64,000 nt of DNA, taken from Chrysemys picta bellii (taxonomy: Eukaryota). The notes under the pieces are model-generated. The model made no database searches and was not told the DNA's origin. It saw only the letters and a list, made by a program, of their open reading frames with translations. Location: contig NC_088798.1 of the NCBI RefSeq assembly GCF_011386835.1, positions 99,448,001 through 99,512,000 of the forward strand. The letters run 5' to 3'. The stretch's first letter is position 1. Every line of letters begins with the position of its first letter. A program made the position numbers and the translations under genes. Below are positions 1 to 12,997 of this stretch, piece by piece.

Positions 1-1121
1 TGGATGAGCAAACCACATTAAGGTTTAAGTCATAGCCTGAATGTTCGTGCTCCGACCTATTGTCTCATGGCCCATGTGACTTGACAAAGGTTACAGACAA
101 AATCAGCATCAGTGCTGTGTTTAGTTTCTTAGTGTCAGTCCATTGATCAGTTCCCTAGTTCATGCTGCCTTTCGTGATACTGAACTGTCTTCCTCCTTGT
201 GACCAAAATTCTCTCTGCAGCTCAGCAGAGGAGCAGGCTGTCTTCGATAGCTGGGTAGGGTAGGGAGTTTGACCCCTTCAGCTGTGAACTGATTGGGAGT
301 CATCCAAAAATCTAGATGCCTATGAGAAATGCTTTTTTCTGACCTCCAAAGGCCAGAGACAGAGAATAACTTCTGAACTTAAGGAAACAGCTGTGGCAGG
401 ATTTCTGTGACAGTGATCACTCTGAGTCAGTTACATTTGCCAGGCAGTCATCACCAGGAAAAGGGGGAGAAACTTACTCTTTTAAATTTACACTGAAAGT
501 TGAGATTCTAATTTACATTTTTAGGACCCTCAAATTAGAGACGCCCATAGTGGTTGGCTTTTCAGGCCTGCAAAATCTGACTCTGCTGAATATAAATAGC
601 ACTGAACTAGCTAGTTTGCTGAAATATAACCCCAAGTAAGAAAACAAACAGCCAATACTTTTTCCTGTGGGTGATAGTATGTAGTTCTGTACATGCAACA
701 CATGTGTAAGCAAGGCAAGACAACTAAGACATCCTGACTTATAAAGCTTACCAATATACTTATTAAGTATATGCAAGAAGCATTCATAACTTTTTTTTGC
801 TAGCCTCCAGCATTGCCAAGTCAGAACAGTCAAAAATAATGAAAAATAGCCACAAATGTCTTTCTATTATTATTTTTCTTGGTCGATAGCATCACTCCTT
901 TCTGGCCTCAGAATTGTGAAATATAGAGCAATACTTGCTCCTCTTAGGTCTTATTGTATAAGGTAAGCAAACGTTCTGTATCTGTCAAGTTTCTGTGGCC
1001 ACATCTATCCCTGGACCCCACTGCTAGTTCTTGTCATTTTACTGCCATATTTTCCTACTAAAACAAATTGTCCCCATTGCTGTTCGGAGGACCCACACAA
1101 ATTTACTAGCTGGCTAACTAT

Positions 1122-1406
1122 CAGGGCCAGCTCTGGCTTTTTGGCCGCCCCAAGCAAAAAAAAACAAAAACAAAAAAAACTCTGCGGCACGGCCGAAGCG
1201 CGGGTGTAGGGGGACCGGCTCGGGGGGGAGGGAGAGGGAGCAGGCGGGAGAGAGAGAGAGAGAAGGGGGCAGCCAGGGCTACAGCAGGGGCGCTGCCACA
1301 CGGCCCCTCCTGCTGCACCGCCGCCTGCCACGAGGGCTCTGCTCCGGTCGGCGGGGAGGGAAGGAAGAGGACTGCCCTGCAGGGCGCTATGGTTCTCCGC
1401 ACTGTC
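1122..1406 (+). mobile_element. Truncated hAT-type non-autonomous DNA transposon (CAGGGCCGGCTC family), left end only
   Basis: Begins CAGGGCCAGCTCTGGCTTTTTGGCCGCCCCAAGCAAAAA, nearly the same left end as the complete element at 38889; GC-rich body; no right TIR or TSD found. Confidence 0.7.
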
Positions 1407-2483
1407 ATTTCCAGTGATCTGAACGGTTATAACAATAGCAGGGAATGCATTTGCAGACAGAAGGGTGAATTTTAAGTTGACGGTGTCTCTGTAAGTTAAC
1501 TGGATAGGTGAAAGTATTGTGCGCTAAACAGAAACTTAACTGACTGCTCTCCCCCTGCAACTATTCTCTGTAAATCCAGACTGCGATACTTTCCAGGTTT
1601 GGCCTGCGTTCCCAGGGCGACAGAGCTAAATAAGTGATTAAATGTCAGTAGAACAAAACAAGTGGTTGTAAGGGTTAAGCATTATACACAGTGGTGCTGG
1701 GAAATTAAAGTTAGTTTAATTGACCATGAACGGGTAAAATTTCTCTCTTTTGGTGACCTGACAATGGTGTTAATTTGGCTGCTCTGCAGTTCAATGCTGC
1801 TTCAGGTCCCTTTTGTACATGTGCTCAGTGACTTGAAGATGTACCTGTGATGCTGATGAGAATATTCAAAGCATTGCAGCTCTAAACAGGAAAACAGAGT
1901 CTAGTTTTTATTTTAAATTCTGCTTTTCTGTTTCCCACCGTGCTTCTTTCCTCATTCTCCTTTCAGAAGTCATCACTCACAGGGGAGCTGCAGCATTACT
2001 GAGACGTCATCTTTGCAGAGGACCAGTTTTTGATTTTAATCCCTCTTTCCAGAGCACAGCTCTAATTCAGCCTTTGTGTGTGTCAATGGCAGTCCATAGA
2101 GTTGTAATCCAGAAAGAACCAAGATTAAAAGAGTTTGATTGATCAAGTTTCCCATGCAATCAACTACAACATGGGGATGGTCCCATCTTTGTTTCATTTC
2201 CTAGATTCTGTAGCAACTGCTGCAAAACACACTGTATGGGCCATTTTCTACCTCCCTTCTGCTTGGGGAACTGGCATTTATTTCATAGGCAGGGCTTGTG
2301 TGCATCTCAAAGGTTGAGTGTGGGCTTATAGTATTTTGTAAGGATTCACTTGTGCCACGTATGCGTAGCCCTGTGTTGGGGCAGCACAGAGTCCTATCAC
2401 CTCAGCAAATTTCCAGGAGAGATTCCGCCTCCAGGAGAGTTCCCTGGGGTGAGCACACTCACTGCCACATCCCTTCACAGGGC

Positions 2484-2768
2484 CAGGGGCGGCTCCAGGG
2501 ACCAGCGCAGCAAACACGTGCCTGGGGCGGCAAGCCGCAGGGGGCGGCCTGCTGGTTGCCGTGAGGGCAGCAGTCAGGCAGCCTTCGGCGGCATGCCTAC
2601 GGGAGGTCTGCCGGTCCCGCGGCTTCAGCGGCAATTCGGCAGCAGATACACCAAAGGCGCAGGATCGGCAGATCACCCGCAGAAACGCCACTGAATCCGT
2701 GTAACCAGCCCGCTGAAGGCTGCCTGACTGCCGTGCTTGGGGCAGCAAAAAACTTAGAGCCGCCCCTG
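2484..2768. mobile_element. hAT-type MITE
   Basis: TIRs CAGGGGCGGCTC...GAGCCGCCCCTG; 8-bp TSD CACAGGGC (2476-2483) / CAGAGGGC (2769-2776), 7/8 match; subterminal inverted repeats (CAGTCAGGCAGCCTTC / GAAGGCTGCCTGACTG). Confidence 0.92.
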
Positions 2769-3838
2769 CAGAGGGCAAAGCAAATTCCCACCAGATCTTC
2801 TGGCTAGTGCAAGGTGGGACAGAGGGCCTGTATGTATGGTCATGTATCCTTGCCTTCTCTCCTAATCCCTTTGGAGAGTCTTGGGAACCTAGATGGTGAA
2901 ATCCATGTAAATTACAACTAAGGTTTCATTCCCTGCCCTCCGTGTGCACCTATATAACAGCTGAGCACAATCTTTAAGTGATCTCTTACTAGAAGAGAAT
3001 ACATTATCCTACTGGATATTTTTTTTCCCCTTCACATTAAAATGAGAAGGATAGTGCCAGTTCTTAAACAACTTGCCTTAATTTATTGGACATGATCAGT
3101 TATTTGGTATGTTTAAACTAACACATCAATGTCAGTCTGCTTCCTACCATAATAGATTGTCACTTCTGTGATGTCCCTGACACCACAGCACACTGGTTTG
3201 CCCCGCCCCCCTTCTTAAAAACCCTTTTCAAGGCTATTTATTTTAGACAACTGTTTGGACATGATGTTGAAAGCCACTTCATTTATTTACGTTTTTGTAT
3301 CATTTAGGCCCTGCAGGATGAAAAATAAAGTGTTTGTAGTGAAAACAGACACGGGGAGCAAAGAGGCATAAAGAGGACGACCCTTTTCATGCATCATTTT
3401 TGTCTGATACATTCACTTACACCCTGATTTGATACTTGAGCACATGCTTAACCTTGCCTTACATGGTGGCTAACTTACCAATCCACTTTCTCCAACTGGA
3501 GCCATATGTACTGACACTCCTCAAGACCCTTATCTGGTACCCTTTAAAAACGCATCTTCCTCTCCTAGTGGCTTGATGCAGTTTCAGCTCCTTTTAGGTG
3601 TAAGAGTTCACAAGTGGGAATGCAAAGAAAATGGAAACCCCGAAGTCTTGAACGTTCACCTCCTTTGTTGTGGGAGTTAAAAGGAGCCCCTTTAAACAAG
3701 GGTCAATATGAATTGAAACACCACCATGTTCTCTCACCACCCATTAAATATTGCTGAGATTCCTATTTAATTAAAACAGTTCTTAGGGGAACAATGACCA
3801 GCATAAAAGTATCACCGTGCTGTATGTATCTATGGTAG

Positions 3839-4474
3839 TGTAGAGAGGTTAGCCAGGGCTCACCTCTCCCTGGGGCGGCGGGAACCCACACCACCTCACT
3901 AAGTTCGGGAAGTAGCAGGGAATTAGTCCAGCTGCAGGAGTCTTCCTCTGCGGCCTTTGTGAGAGTAGAAACAACACAGTTAGGCGTCAGGGCGGGGCAA
4001 TGGTGAGTCAGGTGCTCAGGCCTTCAGGCAGGGGATGAGCAATAACAGTATATACACAATGAGCCCAGGCCCTGTGTCTGAAGGCCTGGGAGAGGGGGAG
4101 GCTGCCACCCACATGTCGGCTGCCCCTGGGCTACTTCCTGACTCCCCCTCTTGAGGTACCTGGGTCAAGGTGGTGTCCTCAGGGATTGCCGGTGCAGGAC
4201 AGGCTCAGCAACTCCTCTGGGTAGCTGGCCTGGGGCAGGCCTGGCCAGCCCTTGGGTCTGCCGCAGGGGCTTCCCAACTGGGAGGTAGGCCAGAGGCATC
4301 TGGTCTCCCTGGCATCTGCTCTCTCAGTGAGCTCTGGGGTTGGACCTTTATACTTCCTGTGCCACGCCTGACCCTCTGGGGGACGGACTCAGAGCTCTCT
4401 GGCTCCGCCCACTCTGGTGTCCGGAAGGGCTTGTCTCTCTCTGAGGTGTTGGGGACCCACACCACCTCCCTACA
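3839..4474 (-). mobile_element. Solo LTR (Gypsy-like)
   Basis: TGTAG...CTACA termini; perfect 5-bp TSD GGTAG (3834-3838 / 4475-4479); minus-strand TATAAA at 4347-4352; no internal coding region. Confidence 0.9.
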
Positions 4475-5304
4475 GGTAGCAACTGTGGTTCATTGTAAAA
4501 ATCCATTCTCTAGTGCTGCAGATTTCCAAGGTGCTTTAGCAGAGAGGGAGGTGGTTGAAATAGTCAAGATAGAAGTTGACTAGGGCTTTCATTATAAGCA
4601 TGGAGAAAAGGACCAGATTTTGGAGAGAGTGTAGAACCACCATCAGCAGGATTTAGTATTAGCTAGAAGGTGTACAGAGAACTATAGGTTAGAAGAATAT
4701 GCCCTTGCATGATTTTGTTTGCCTTGTTTGTCTTCTGGGGAATGTACATGTCTCCCAGGGAGGGGTACTGCTTGTGTAAATAAAGTAAGCAAAGATTTGA
4801 ACCCTTGGAGATTAAAAAAAAAATGTTCTTACTTATTCCAGTCTCTGTTTTTCAGCGTTCAAAGATACCAATGCTACTAACTTTGTCAGTTAGATTTTAA
4901 AAAAGCTTACGTGGAGACTATGCAGATGTTTATTAAGTCATTTGGCTATTGAAACAGAAGATTAAGGAAGGTTTGATCTTCACTTATATAAGGACAATGT
5001 CTTTACTCTTAAAAGGTTTCCTTTGAACATTCAGAATGTGGGCTTCAGAGATTCCTGACCTGGGGCTGGATCACCCCTCCTCTCCCCTTCTCCCCCCATC
5101 CCTTGGTAAATCCTGGGGGAGATTTTCCATATGGAGTTTCCTACATGTCATTGAGTCAAAGGGGCAGGATGTGGTCCCCATGGAATGAGCTGCTGGGCCT
5201 GCCCACAAACTCCATGGATCCCCTATGCAAAAGCCCTCTTCCTCCAGACCAACTGTGGAGCCTCAGTGTCCCCTCCACACTGATTCCTGGTGTATTGCCT
5301 AGGA

Positions 5305-5638
5305 CAGGGGTCAGCAACGTTTGGCATGCGGTTCGCCAGGGTATGCACCCTAGCAGGCCAGGCCAGTTTATTTACCTGCTGATGCGGCAGGTTCAGCAGA
5401 TCGCGGCCCCCACTGGCCGCGGTTTGTCGCCCCGGGCCAATGGGGGCAGCGGGAAGCCGCGGCCAGCACATCCCTCGCCCGCGCCACTTCCCGCCGCCCC
5501 CATTGGCCCGGGATGGCAAACCGTGGCCAGTGGGGGCCGTGATCAGCCGAACCTGCTGTGTCAGCAGGTAAATAAACTGGCCCGGCCCGCTAGGGTGCTT
5601 ACCCTGGCGAGCCGCGTGCCAAACGTTGCCGACCCCTG
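5305..5638. mobile_element. Palindromic hAT-type MITE
   Basis: Long TIRs CAGGGGTC(A/G)GCAACGTTTGGCA(T/C)GCGG...; perfect 8-bp TSD GCCTAGGA (5297-5304 / 5639-5646); almost the whole element is an imperfect inverted repeat. Confidence 0.95.
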
Positions 5639-6991
5639 GCCTAGGACATCTTTGGCCATGGCTTCCTCGGGGACTGTCTTAAATGTAGAAGTCACATTTA
5701 CAGTCCTGGGCTTCAATGGGATGCCTAGAGAGTAAGGTGAGGAAACGCAGAATCAGGCCCTTGATTAACTTTCAGATAAATGAACGATAAAATGTATGCA
5801 GCTTTCAGGATCTGAGAACGTTGTCAGGAATACCCAGGAGCCATGCAAATCCTGACGAATAATAGGACTCCACAGCTCACAACAAACCAGACTTGGCTCT
5901 GGTATTTATAAAAATATTCACAAATCCATTCTTTGTACCTTTCCGACAGCTCTGTGTATACCAGAGAAATCCCACAATAACACAATCCAATCATAAAATC
6001 ACACAACACAATTCAATAATAATAAATTACCTCCTCTGTAACTATTGAAATTCAGTGGCATGGTTGCACAAAGATCATCAGTTGGTAATTAGTGCTATTA
6101 GTTATTCATTGCTGTGTGAATTTTAATGACTAGAACCCCTTTTTGGCTCCCTAGAACCTCAAGGCAGAACAATATTTTCCTCTTATCGCATTGCTGAAGC
6201 TGACTCGGAGTCTCCTTCACTCCATAAATACAGTCACATCAAAGAGATTAGACTATTGTAAAATAGTCTGAGTTATATTAATGCGTAATTCTTCTACACA
6301 TCAGTGTTTTTCTATGATATGTAGAGTATGGAACTTATTTTCATCTTAGGCTATCTTAAAGGATTTAGCACTCCTTCCTTTGGAGTAATCTTCTATGCGT
6401 TTGCTATGCACCACGTCCTTACTAATAAAAGAAAATATTCAGACTCCCATTTTACAAGCTTTTAAAAGAACACCAGACTCCAGCAACTTGGTAAAATCTC
6501 ATTTCTACCAAAGCTTTTAAAAAAGTAGATAAGTTGGGAATGTGTGGCATTCTTATTTGCCTGGAAAGTCTTTGATTTGACAATGTTTGCAACCGAGTTC
6601 TGTATGCTGTTGTTCAAGACAACTAATAACCGAGCATGCTTACTTTGGGCTAAATGCAACTCACTCTGTGGGAATAAAGCTCTTTGCATACAATGTGAGA
6701 GATTTCTTTAGCTGAAAGTAACCCTCATTCTGGCTATTGTTGATTGTACTCAGTGAGGCTAAGTGACTCTGCAACCTTTTTATAGCAGTGGAGGCAATGG
6801 TAAACTTTTAACTACATTCTACATTTTGACTCTATTTGCCTGTAGGAAAAATCTTAAACTTGATTTGGTAGCAGAACATTTTCTTGTCATTGGTTACTAC
6901 TCTATAACTTGTAAACTGATTGTCAATCTGTTATCTATTGACTCATTTACATTTAACTGATAATTAGACTGATTGCAGCTTTTTTCTTTAA

Positions 6992-7063
6992 GGGCATGAT
7001 TCAAAATCCATTGAAGTCCATGGGAGCCTTTCCATTTACTTCAGTGGGTTTTGGATCAGGCCC
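6992..7063. mobile_element. 72-bp palindromic PIF/Harbinger-type MITE
   Basis: GGGCATGATTCAAAATCCATTGAAGT...ACTTCAGTGGGTTTTGGATCAGGCCC, flanked by TAA on both sides (6989-6991 / 7064-7066). Confidence 0.75.
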
Positions 7064-7640
7064 TAAATGGTTAAACGAATTGAAAATACAATATATATTG
7101 TCATTTCAGTACAACTGACAGAAGTGTAGCCAGATAGTTCTGCAAATGTATTGACCAAGCTACACTGATAATAGATTCTCTGTCCTTTTAAACATTTCAG
7201 CATTTTCCATCTTTATTGTTTTGATTCTTCAAGTGTTTGACTCGCAAAACCTGAAATGTAGTTATTTCAAGGACAACATTAATAGAATTCATTGTTTCTT
7301 TTACCAGTAGTTTCATTTCTTAAATTAGTACATTTCAAAAGCTAATCTACTCAAAAGAGAGTAGATGGAAAACTTAGTTCAGTTGGTTTATTTGTCTGAC
7401 TTGCTCTGAGTTTACAAATCTAACATTACTTACTAGACTTTATTCTTATGAGATATTAAAAGGTATTTTAATTTAAGGAAATTCTTTTCTGTGCATCAGT
7501 AGAAATAACAGAATCAGAAACAGCTTAAAGTGGTGGAACATAAAATCTATTCTCATGTTCGAATGTGCAGCTGAACTGTATGATGGCAGTTTGTTAGTCT
7601 ATATGTTTTTATTTAAATGCCTATTGAGTAAAACATAATT

Positions 7641-7780
7641 NNNNNNNNNNNNNNNNNNNNNNNNNNNNNNNNNNNNNNNNNNNNNNNNNNNNNNNNNNNN
7701 NNNNNNNNNNNNNNNNNNNNNNNNNNNNNNNNNNNNNNNNNNNNNNNNNNNNNNNNNNNNNNNNNNNNNNNNNNNNNNNN
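7641..7780. other. Assembly gap (140 N)
   Basis: Run of N characters. Confidence 1.
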
Positions 7781-10454
7781 TTAGCAAAGGAAAATGTGTG
7801 ACCTCTTACATTTTGTTTGACATTTGAATTTGGTATTCAGTATATATGACATGGGTGATGGATGCTTATTAACACAATGTATAAACAGGAAATGCTTCTA
7901 AGCTGACCATTTATTAACGCAGTATGTATTACAATTTGAATTTTAGTTGCAGTATCCTTCTCTGAAGACTGCTGAGATGAAATAAAAGGGCAGGCTTCTT
8001 TCCTTTTCTTATTTGTCTGACTATAAATACACTGTACAGTATGTACATCAAAGGATTTAATTGAAAATATTGCACAAGAACCAATCTGGTATATTAAACA
8101 TGAGTGTGTGCGTGTGTGTGTGTGAGTGTGTGTGTATACAAAGTTAATTAAATGTGACATTTTTTGTGAGCTGGGTAAAAATAAAGTGGTGCAAATGCTA
8201 TTGGTGGAATGAGTTTGTTAAGGCTTATGCTAAATTCTTAATTTCCCTGCAAAGGAAAAAAATGTGTCCATGCTCATTTTTGCATTCTGAGGCATAAAGA
8301 AGGCCTGAAAGATTTTATTTTCTTCACTAACACAAAAAAGATCCCCCCCCCCCGCTTGTTTCTTTACAGTGGAAATATCAGGGGTCAGAGCCACCATGGG
8401 GGTAAACTGCCATAACTGCACATTGGAGCTATTACAATTTACATCAGCTGAGAAGCTGCCCCTGGGTATTTACTTCTTTGTTTCTGCTGGTAGATCCTTT
8501 GAAGGACTGGAGAGCTAGTGAGATTTTGCTCACACTTTATTGTTTTTTTCCCCCCTCACTCAGCTTCCTTACAAATATTTGGTAGAAAAGCTTTCCGTAT
8601 GAAAGCTTCAATGCTCTCATTCCTACAACTGGGCTGAAAGGGTCTAGTTCTTCAGTCCTCTAAGGAATCTTCCAGCAAAAACAAGCTCAGGAATCCTTGA
8701 TATTTTTCAAGAGCAGAAAAAAACTGTTTTTTTGCTGTTGTTGTTTTTGAGGAAAATAATCTGGTCTTTAAAAAAAATAATCTGATAATGACGATAAAAA
8801 AAGACACCACATTTCTCTCCTTTCCATGACATCTTTAAACAAGATAACCCATGAAAAATTGAGCACAAAATGGCTACGCTCCAGCCTAAAATTTTAAAAC
8901 ATTAGGATACAAACAGTTCTTGTAACACAAGAATCAAGATGAACTGGCAATGTAGCTGAAGACATTTTTTTTATTTTTATGTTTCTGCTCCAAACAGGTC
9001 CACTGAGTCATACAATATTGATGAAGAGGCAGCTCAATTAAATTATTCTGTGTTTAAAAAGTCTATGGAGTTCCTCCATCTAGTTATTAAAGCTAACAGG
9101 TACCAGACCACTTTGACTGGCCAAAAATTAGGTCTACATATACTATTATTAATATTAATACAGATGCTAAATACACAGGTATCCAGGTTTCAGAACTCAA
9201 TCAATAGCAAGGTTAGCAACCTGGAAATTGAAACTGGCAGATCTTTAATCTGACATTCTGTTTTTCAGAGGGGAAAAAGTAACTTCTTTATAGCTGAAGG
9301 TCAAAGGTTAAATTTAGTTTGTATCAAATTACAAAAATATGCTTTTGGTGAGGTTAGATTCTCATGCTCAGAGCTATTCAAACTGTAATGAAAGCAAACA
9401 TTGAAAGAGATAATCCCATTAAAGATGAACTATTCACTTTAACCTCAAATATTTGGTAACTAAAATAAAACCATCCTAGGACAAGAAGGATGAAGTTCAG
9501 CTCTTTAAGAAAACTGGACTTGCATGGTCCCCTATGGAAGAGATGATAAAATAACATTTCTGTTTTGCAAAAGAAACCTTATTTTGAGGGAACAAATTAA
9601 TTCATGTTCCGCTACTGCTGGCAATGTAAAGAATTGGGAACTGTTTTAGTAAGGCACTGTTATACCTAAGGGCAAATCCTGCCTCTTCCTCCAGATATCC
9701 TGCTGGCAGTGAAACCAGTATGGTCCTGCTGCCCAAGGGGGAGACAGGAATTGAGGGGTTGTATCCACAGACTGGAGCTGCATCAAACTATCACTGCATA
9801 TCCACATGGCCCCAGATCATTGCAGATGGAGAGCTTCTAGCTACTACTCCCCCAGCCCAGTTCCATCAGTATCTGTTGTGATCTTGCAGCACAGATCCCA
9901 TTGACCATACACCTGGTTTCTGAAAGTAAAGCCATTTTTCTCTTGATTTGCTTGGGGACTCAGGACTGGGCACAGGATAAACCAACTGCCAACTTATTAC
10001 TCCTACACTAATCTACCCCTTGCTCCATTGTACAGCACTCATTGATGTCGAGTGAAGTTTTTCACAAAAATGAAGGGCAATGTATATTAAGCAGCATGAT
10101 CTCTGCTGTTGTCTTTGCCCTTGGATGCTGATTAGGGTGAAAATGAGTTGCTTACTCTGGGTATGAACTGACGCCAGATAAGCCCCTGCTAAATGGCTAG
10201 ACAGGTGAGCAACGTCAATAGTTATTTAAATACTAACAAAACCAAATCAATACAATAGAAAGAATATATAAATGGCAAATGTATATCAAATGTATGTGGG
10301 GAGATTGTCAAAAAGGGCAGCTAAGCATATAAATTCAATTGAAAGTCAAAGGCAGTTGAACACCTAACTTCAATTTGTGCTTTTAAAAGTCTCTCCCTAA
10401 ATGTAGTAAGACTGTGTATTTTTATCACCTCCCTAATTCTCCTAGGTGGCTCAT

Positions 10455-10572
10455 CTTCTTAGACCATAAGTAAGGTCTTTGAGGTAGAAACTGTCTGCTT
10501 CGGTTTGCACAATACCTATCACAACAGGGCCTAGATCCAGGGCCTTTGGGCACTACCAAAATATAAACATTA
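10455..10572 (+). mobile_element. 3' tail fragment of an L2-tailed SINE or L2
   Basis: ...TAAGGTCTTTGAGGTAGAAACTGTC...GTTTGCACAATACCTATCACAACAGGGCC...GGCACTACCAAAATATAAAC resembles the tails at 38400-38540, 60320-60433 and 61883-62027. Confidence 0.55.
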
Positions 10573-11528
10573 CAGAATGATAGTCCTTGTGAAGGGAAAA
10601 CTTCCACTTAAATCCACAGGAGCTTTTTCTGCATGACAATTACAAGATTTAATGATTTGGGGTGAGGGTAAGGGAAAGATTAGGTACCCAATGCCCATTG
10701 AAAAACTATAGGAGTTAGACGCCTAACTCCTTTTCTGCCTTTCAAAACCTCCTTCAGGATTATTTACCTGGGGTTTGAAGCACAGCAAGATTGTGTGCAC
10801 AGCTTTAAAGGTTCTTTAGAAATATGGTCCTAGCAATTTAATGACATTAATGTTTCTGACTTTAAAAAAAAAAAAGGGTGCTGAAATACTGCAACGACAT
10901 CCCCAAAGCAGTGGTCTCTACGACAGCGTAATGCACTGCAAATTTTCACTTAGAAAAACAGTGTCATTTTGGAGTTCTATAAATGCCAAAAGGCATTTTA
11001 AATCACTAAGCTTCTTATATCCTGATGAAAACTCAACCATAAGTGTAGTCCTAGACATGGTATTTCTTGGTTCTCAAGGGACTGGATGCTGATCTCAAGA
11101 ATTTGGGAACAGTCTCATATATTTTGCTGTTTTGTAACTTAAAATAGATGGAAAAGATTTTTTTTCCAAAAGAGTAAAAAAAGATTAATCACAGGCTGAG
11201 TTGGATTTTTTTGTGCGCCAAGTTTTAGCCTGGAGCAAATTTTTATGGTGGGGTTATAATCTCCCTCTCCCCCGCCCCCAAAACAACCCAACAACCTGGT
11301 TTATAACAGAAATGCTGACACAATGCTAACTATAGCAATAGAAATGGTGGTGATATACTATTTATTGCTCCCCTGTGCCAATAGGGGGTTAATCCTTATT
11401 AAACACATTTGTTTTCTGGCCTGGTTGAGATCAGAGAATTTGGTGATCATACGAAATACTTCATATGGCTTCATAACTGGATTAATGGACAAGCTCACAG
11501 TGAGACATGCTAAGTGAGACTTGCTCAA

Positions 11529-11595
11529 GGGAGCGACTGTAGGTGGTTCAGTGGCTTAAGCATCATCTCTGGAGCCCTGGGTTCAAATCCAGGGT
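11529..11595 (+). mobile_element. tRNA-derived SINE head remnant
   Basis: Pol III A-box-like TGGTTCAGTGG (11544-11554) and B-box GGTTCAAATCC (11580-11590) with a CCCTGG/CCAGGG T-stem; no full cloverleaf. Confidence 0.5.
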
Positions 11596-12113
11596 TTCTT
11601 TATCCAAGAAGTATCTTTGCTGGAACAGAATATAACGCATTAAAGGACCTATTTTTTCTTTTCTTTTCAGCAACAAGGAAGAGTATGAGAAAATTAACAC
11701 AGAGCATTATCACAATAAACATTGGGATATATCCTTTAGATCAGCAGCTCTCAACCTTTTCCATACTTGGGCCCCAGAACCCCTCATACGTCTAGCTTAT
11801 GACCCCTCTACTATTTAGCAATCTTGGAAAGACAGGATGGTCACTAGCTTCACACTGACTCACTGGGCTTGATACCATTAGCTCCTTCATACAATTTACC
11901 AGAGAAAGCAAAACATTTACAGCACTTTTTGGAACTAAATAATTGAAGAGAAATATCTGTGGGGCAGCACCTATGTTTGCCATACGCTGTCCTTACTCTC
12001 ACTGATTTTTATAGCAGTTTTGCTTTAGCGAGGACTGAGCAGAAACGGAGTCAGGACCTCATGATTTGGCTCTGCAAGAATCTATACTTAACAGTAAATT
12101 CTCTAGACACTTA

Positions 12114-12202
12114 GGGTGGATTTCACGAAGGTATTTAGGTGTCAAACTCCCATTGAAATCAATGGGAGTTCAGTGCCTAAACACCCTTCCTGAATCCCAC
12201 TC
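12114..12202. mobile_element. Short palindromic PIF/Harbinger-type MITE
   Basis: TTA on both flanks; central palindrome ACTCCCATTGA-AA-TCAATGGGAGT; imperfect TIRs GGGTGGATTTCA / TGAATCCCACTC. Confidence 0.7.
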
Positions 12203-12225
12203 TTATATTGCAATAGTGCATATTA

Positions 12226-12525
12226 GGGCACGTCTTCACTACCCGCTGGATTGGCGGGTAGCAATCGATCTATCGGGGATCGACTTATCGTGTCTAGTGA
12301 AGGCAAGATAAAATCGATCCCTGATCGCTCTGCCGTTGATTCCGGAAATCCACCGCAGCAAGAGGCGGAAGTGGAGTCGATGGTGGAGCAGCAGCGGTCG
12401 ACTCGCCGCCGTCCACACAGCCCGGTAAGTCGACCTAAAATACGCAATTTCAGCTACGCTATTCACGTAGCTGAAGTTGCGTATCTTAGGTCGACCCCCT
12501 CCCCCCCCGTAGTGTAGACCTAGCC
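12226..12525. mobile_element. PIF/Harbinger MITE, triple-hairpin family (copy A)
   Basis: TIRs GGGCACGTCTTCACTAC...GTAGTGTAGACCTAGCC; 3-bp TSD TTA (12223-12225 / 12526-12528); internal hairpins such as TTCAGCTACG-CTATTCA-CGTAGCTGAA. Confidence 0.92.
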
Positions 12526-12997
12526 TTAGACAACACCACCACCTTAGACAGCCGGGGTCTGTCCATGACCACACTGTAGGGCTTTATTCCAGGTGCATAA
12601 GAGCTGGATGCTAAATTAATCATGTACTAAGCAACAGTTCAGCCAACTGTTCATAAGAGATTGAAACAAGGAAAAAGAAGCCGCTCCAAGCTGCTGAAAC
12701 ATGTTCTCCATGGCAAGCCTGAAATCACCTGTTAAGTTTGCTGTCAAGACGTAGGCTAAAATAGCTCTGCAGATTCTGAGCAAGTGAGCTGCTAGGTCTG
12801 AACAGGTCCCCGAGCAGAATGAGTGAGAATGCCAGGCATGTTCGTGTGAATGCCCAGTGCATGATCACATGCTCCTCATTATAATCAATATTTATATATT
12901 GATACATGCCTGGAAGGCTGTGATGTGTAGGAGATGCAAAAGCAAAGCCTTATGATAACAGCAAGACAAAAGAATGAGCCAGAGCATGGACGAAGTA

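Noticed and set aside
2326-2778. Overlapping ORFs of 64-150 aa
   Set aside because: They span a GC-rich hAT MITE, where stop codons are scarce.
4170-4583. 137-aa ORF
   Set aside because: Lies in a solo LTR.
5103-5735. 210-aa plus-strand ORF
   Set aside because: Most of it runs through a GC-rich palindromic MITE with TIRs and a TSD; non-ATG start and no recognisable protein similarity.
11529-11595. tRNA gene
   Set aside because: A and B boxes are present, but there is no acceptor stem or anticodon arm; better explained as a SINE head.
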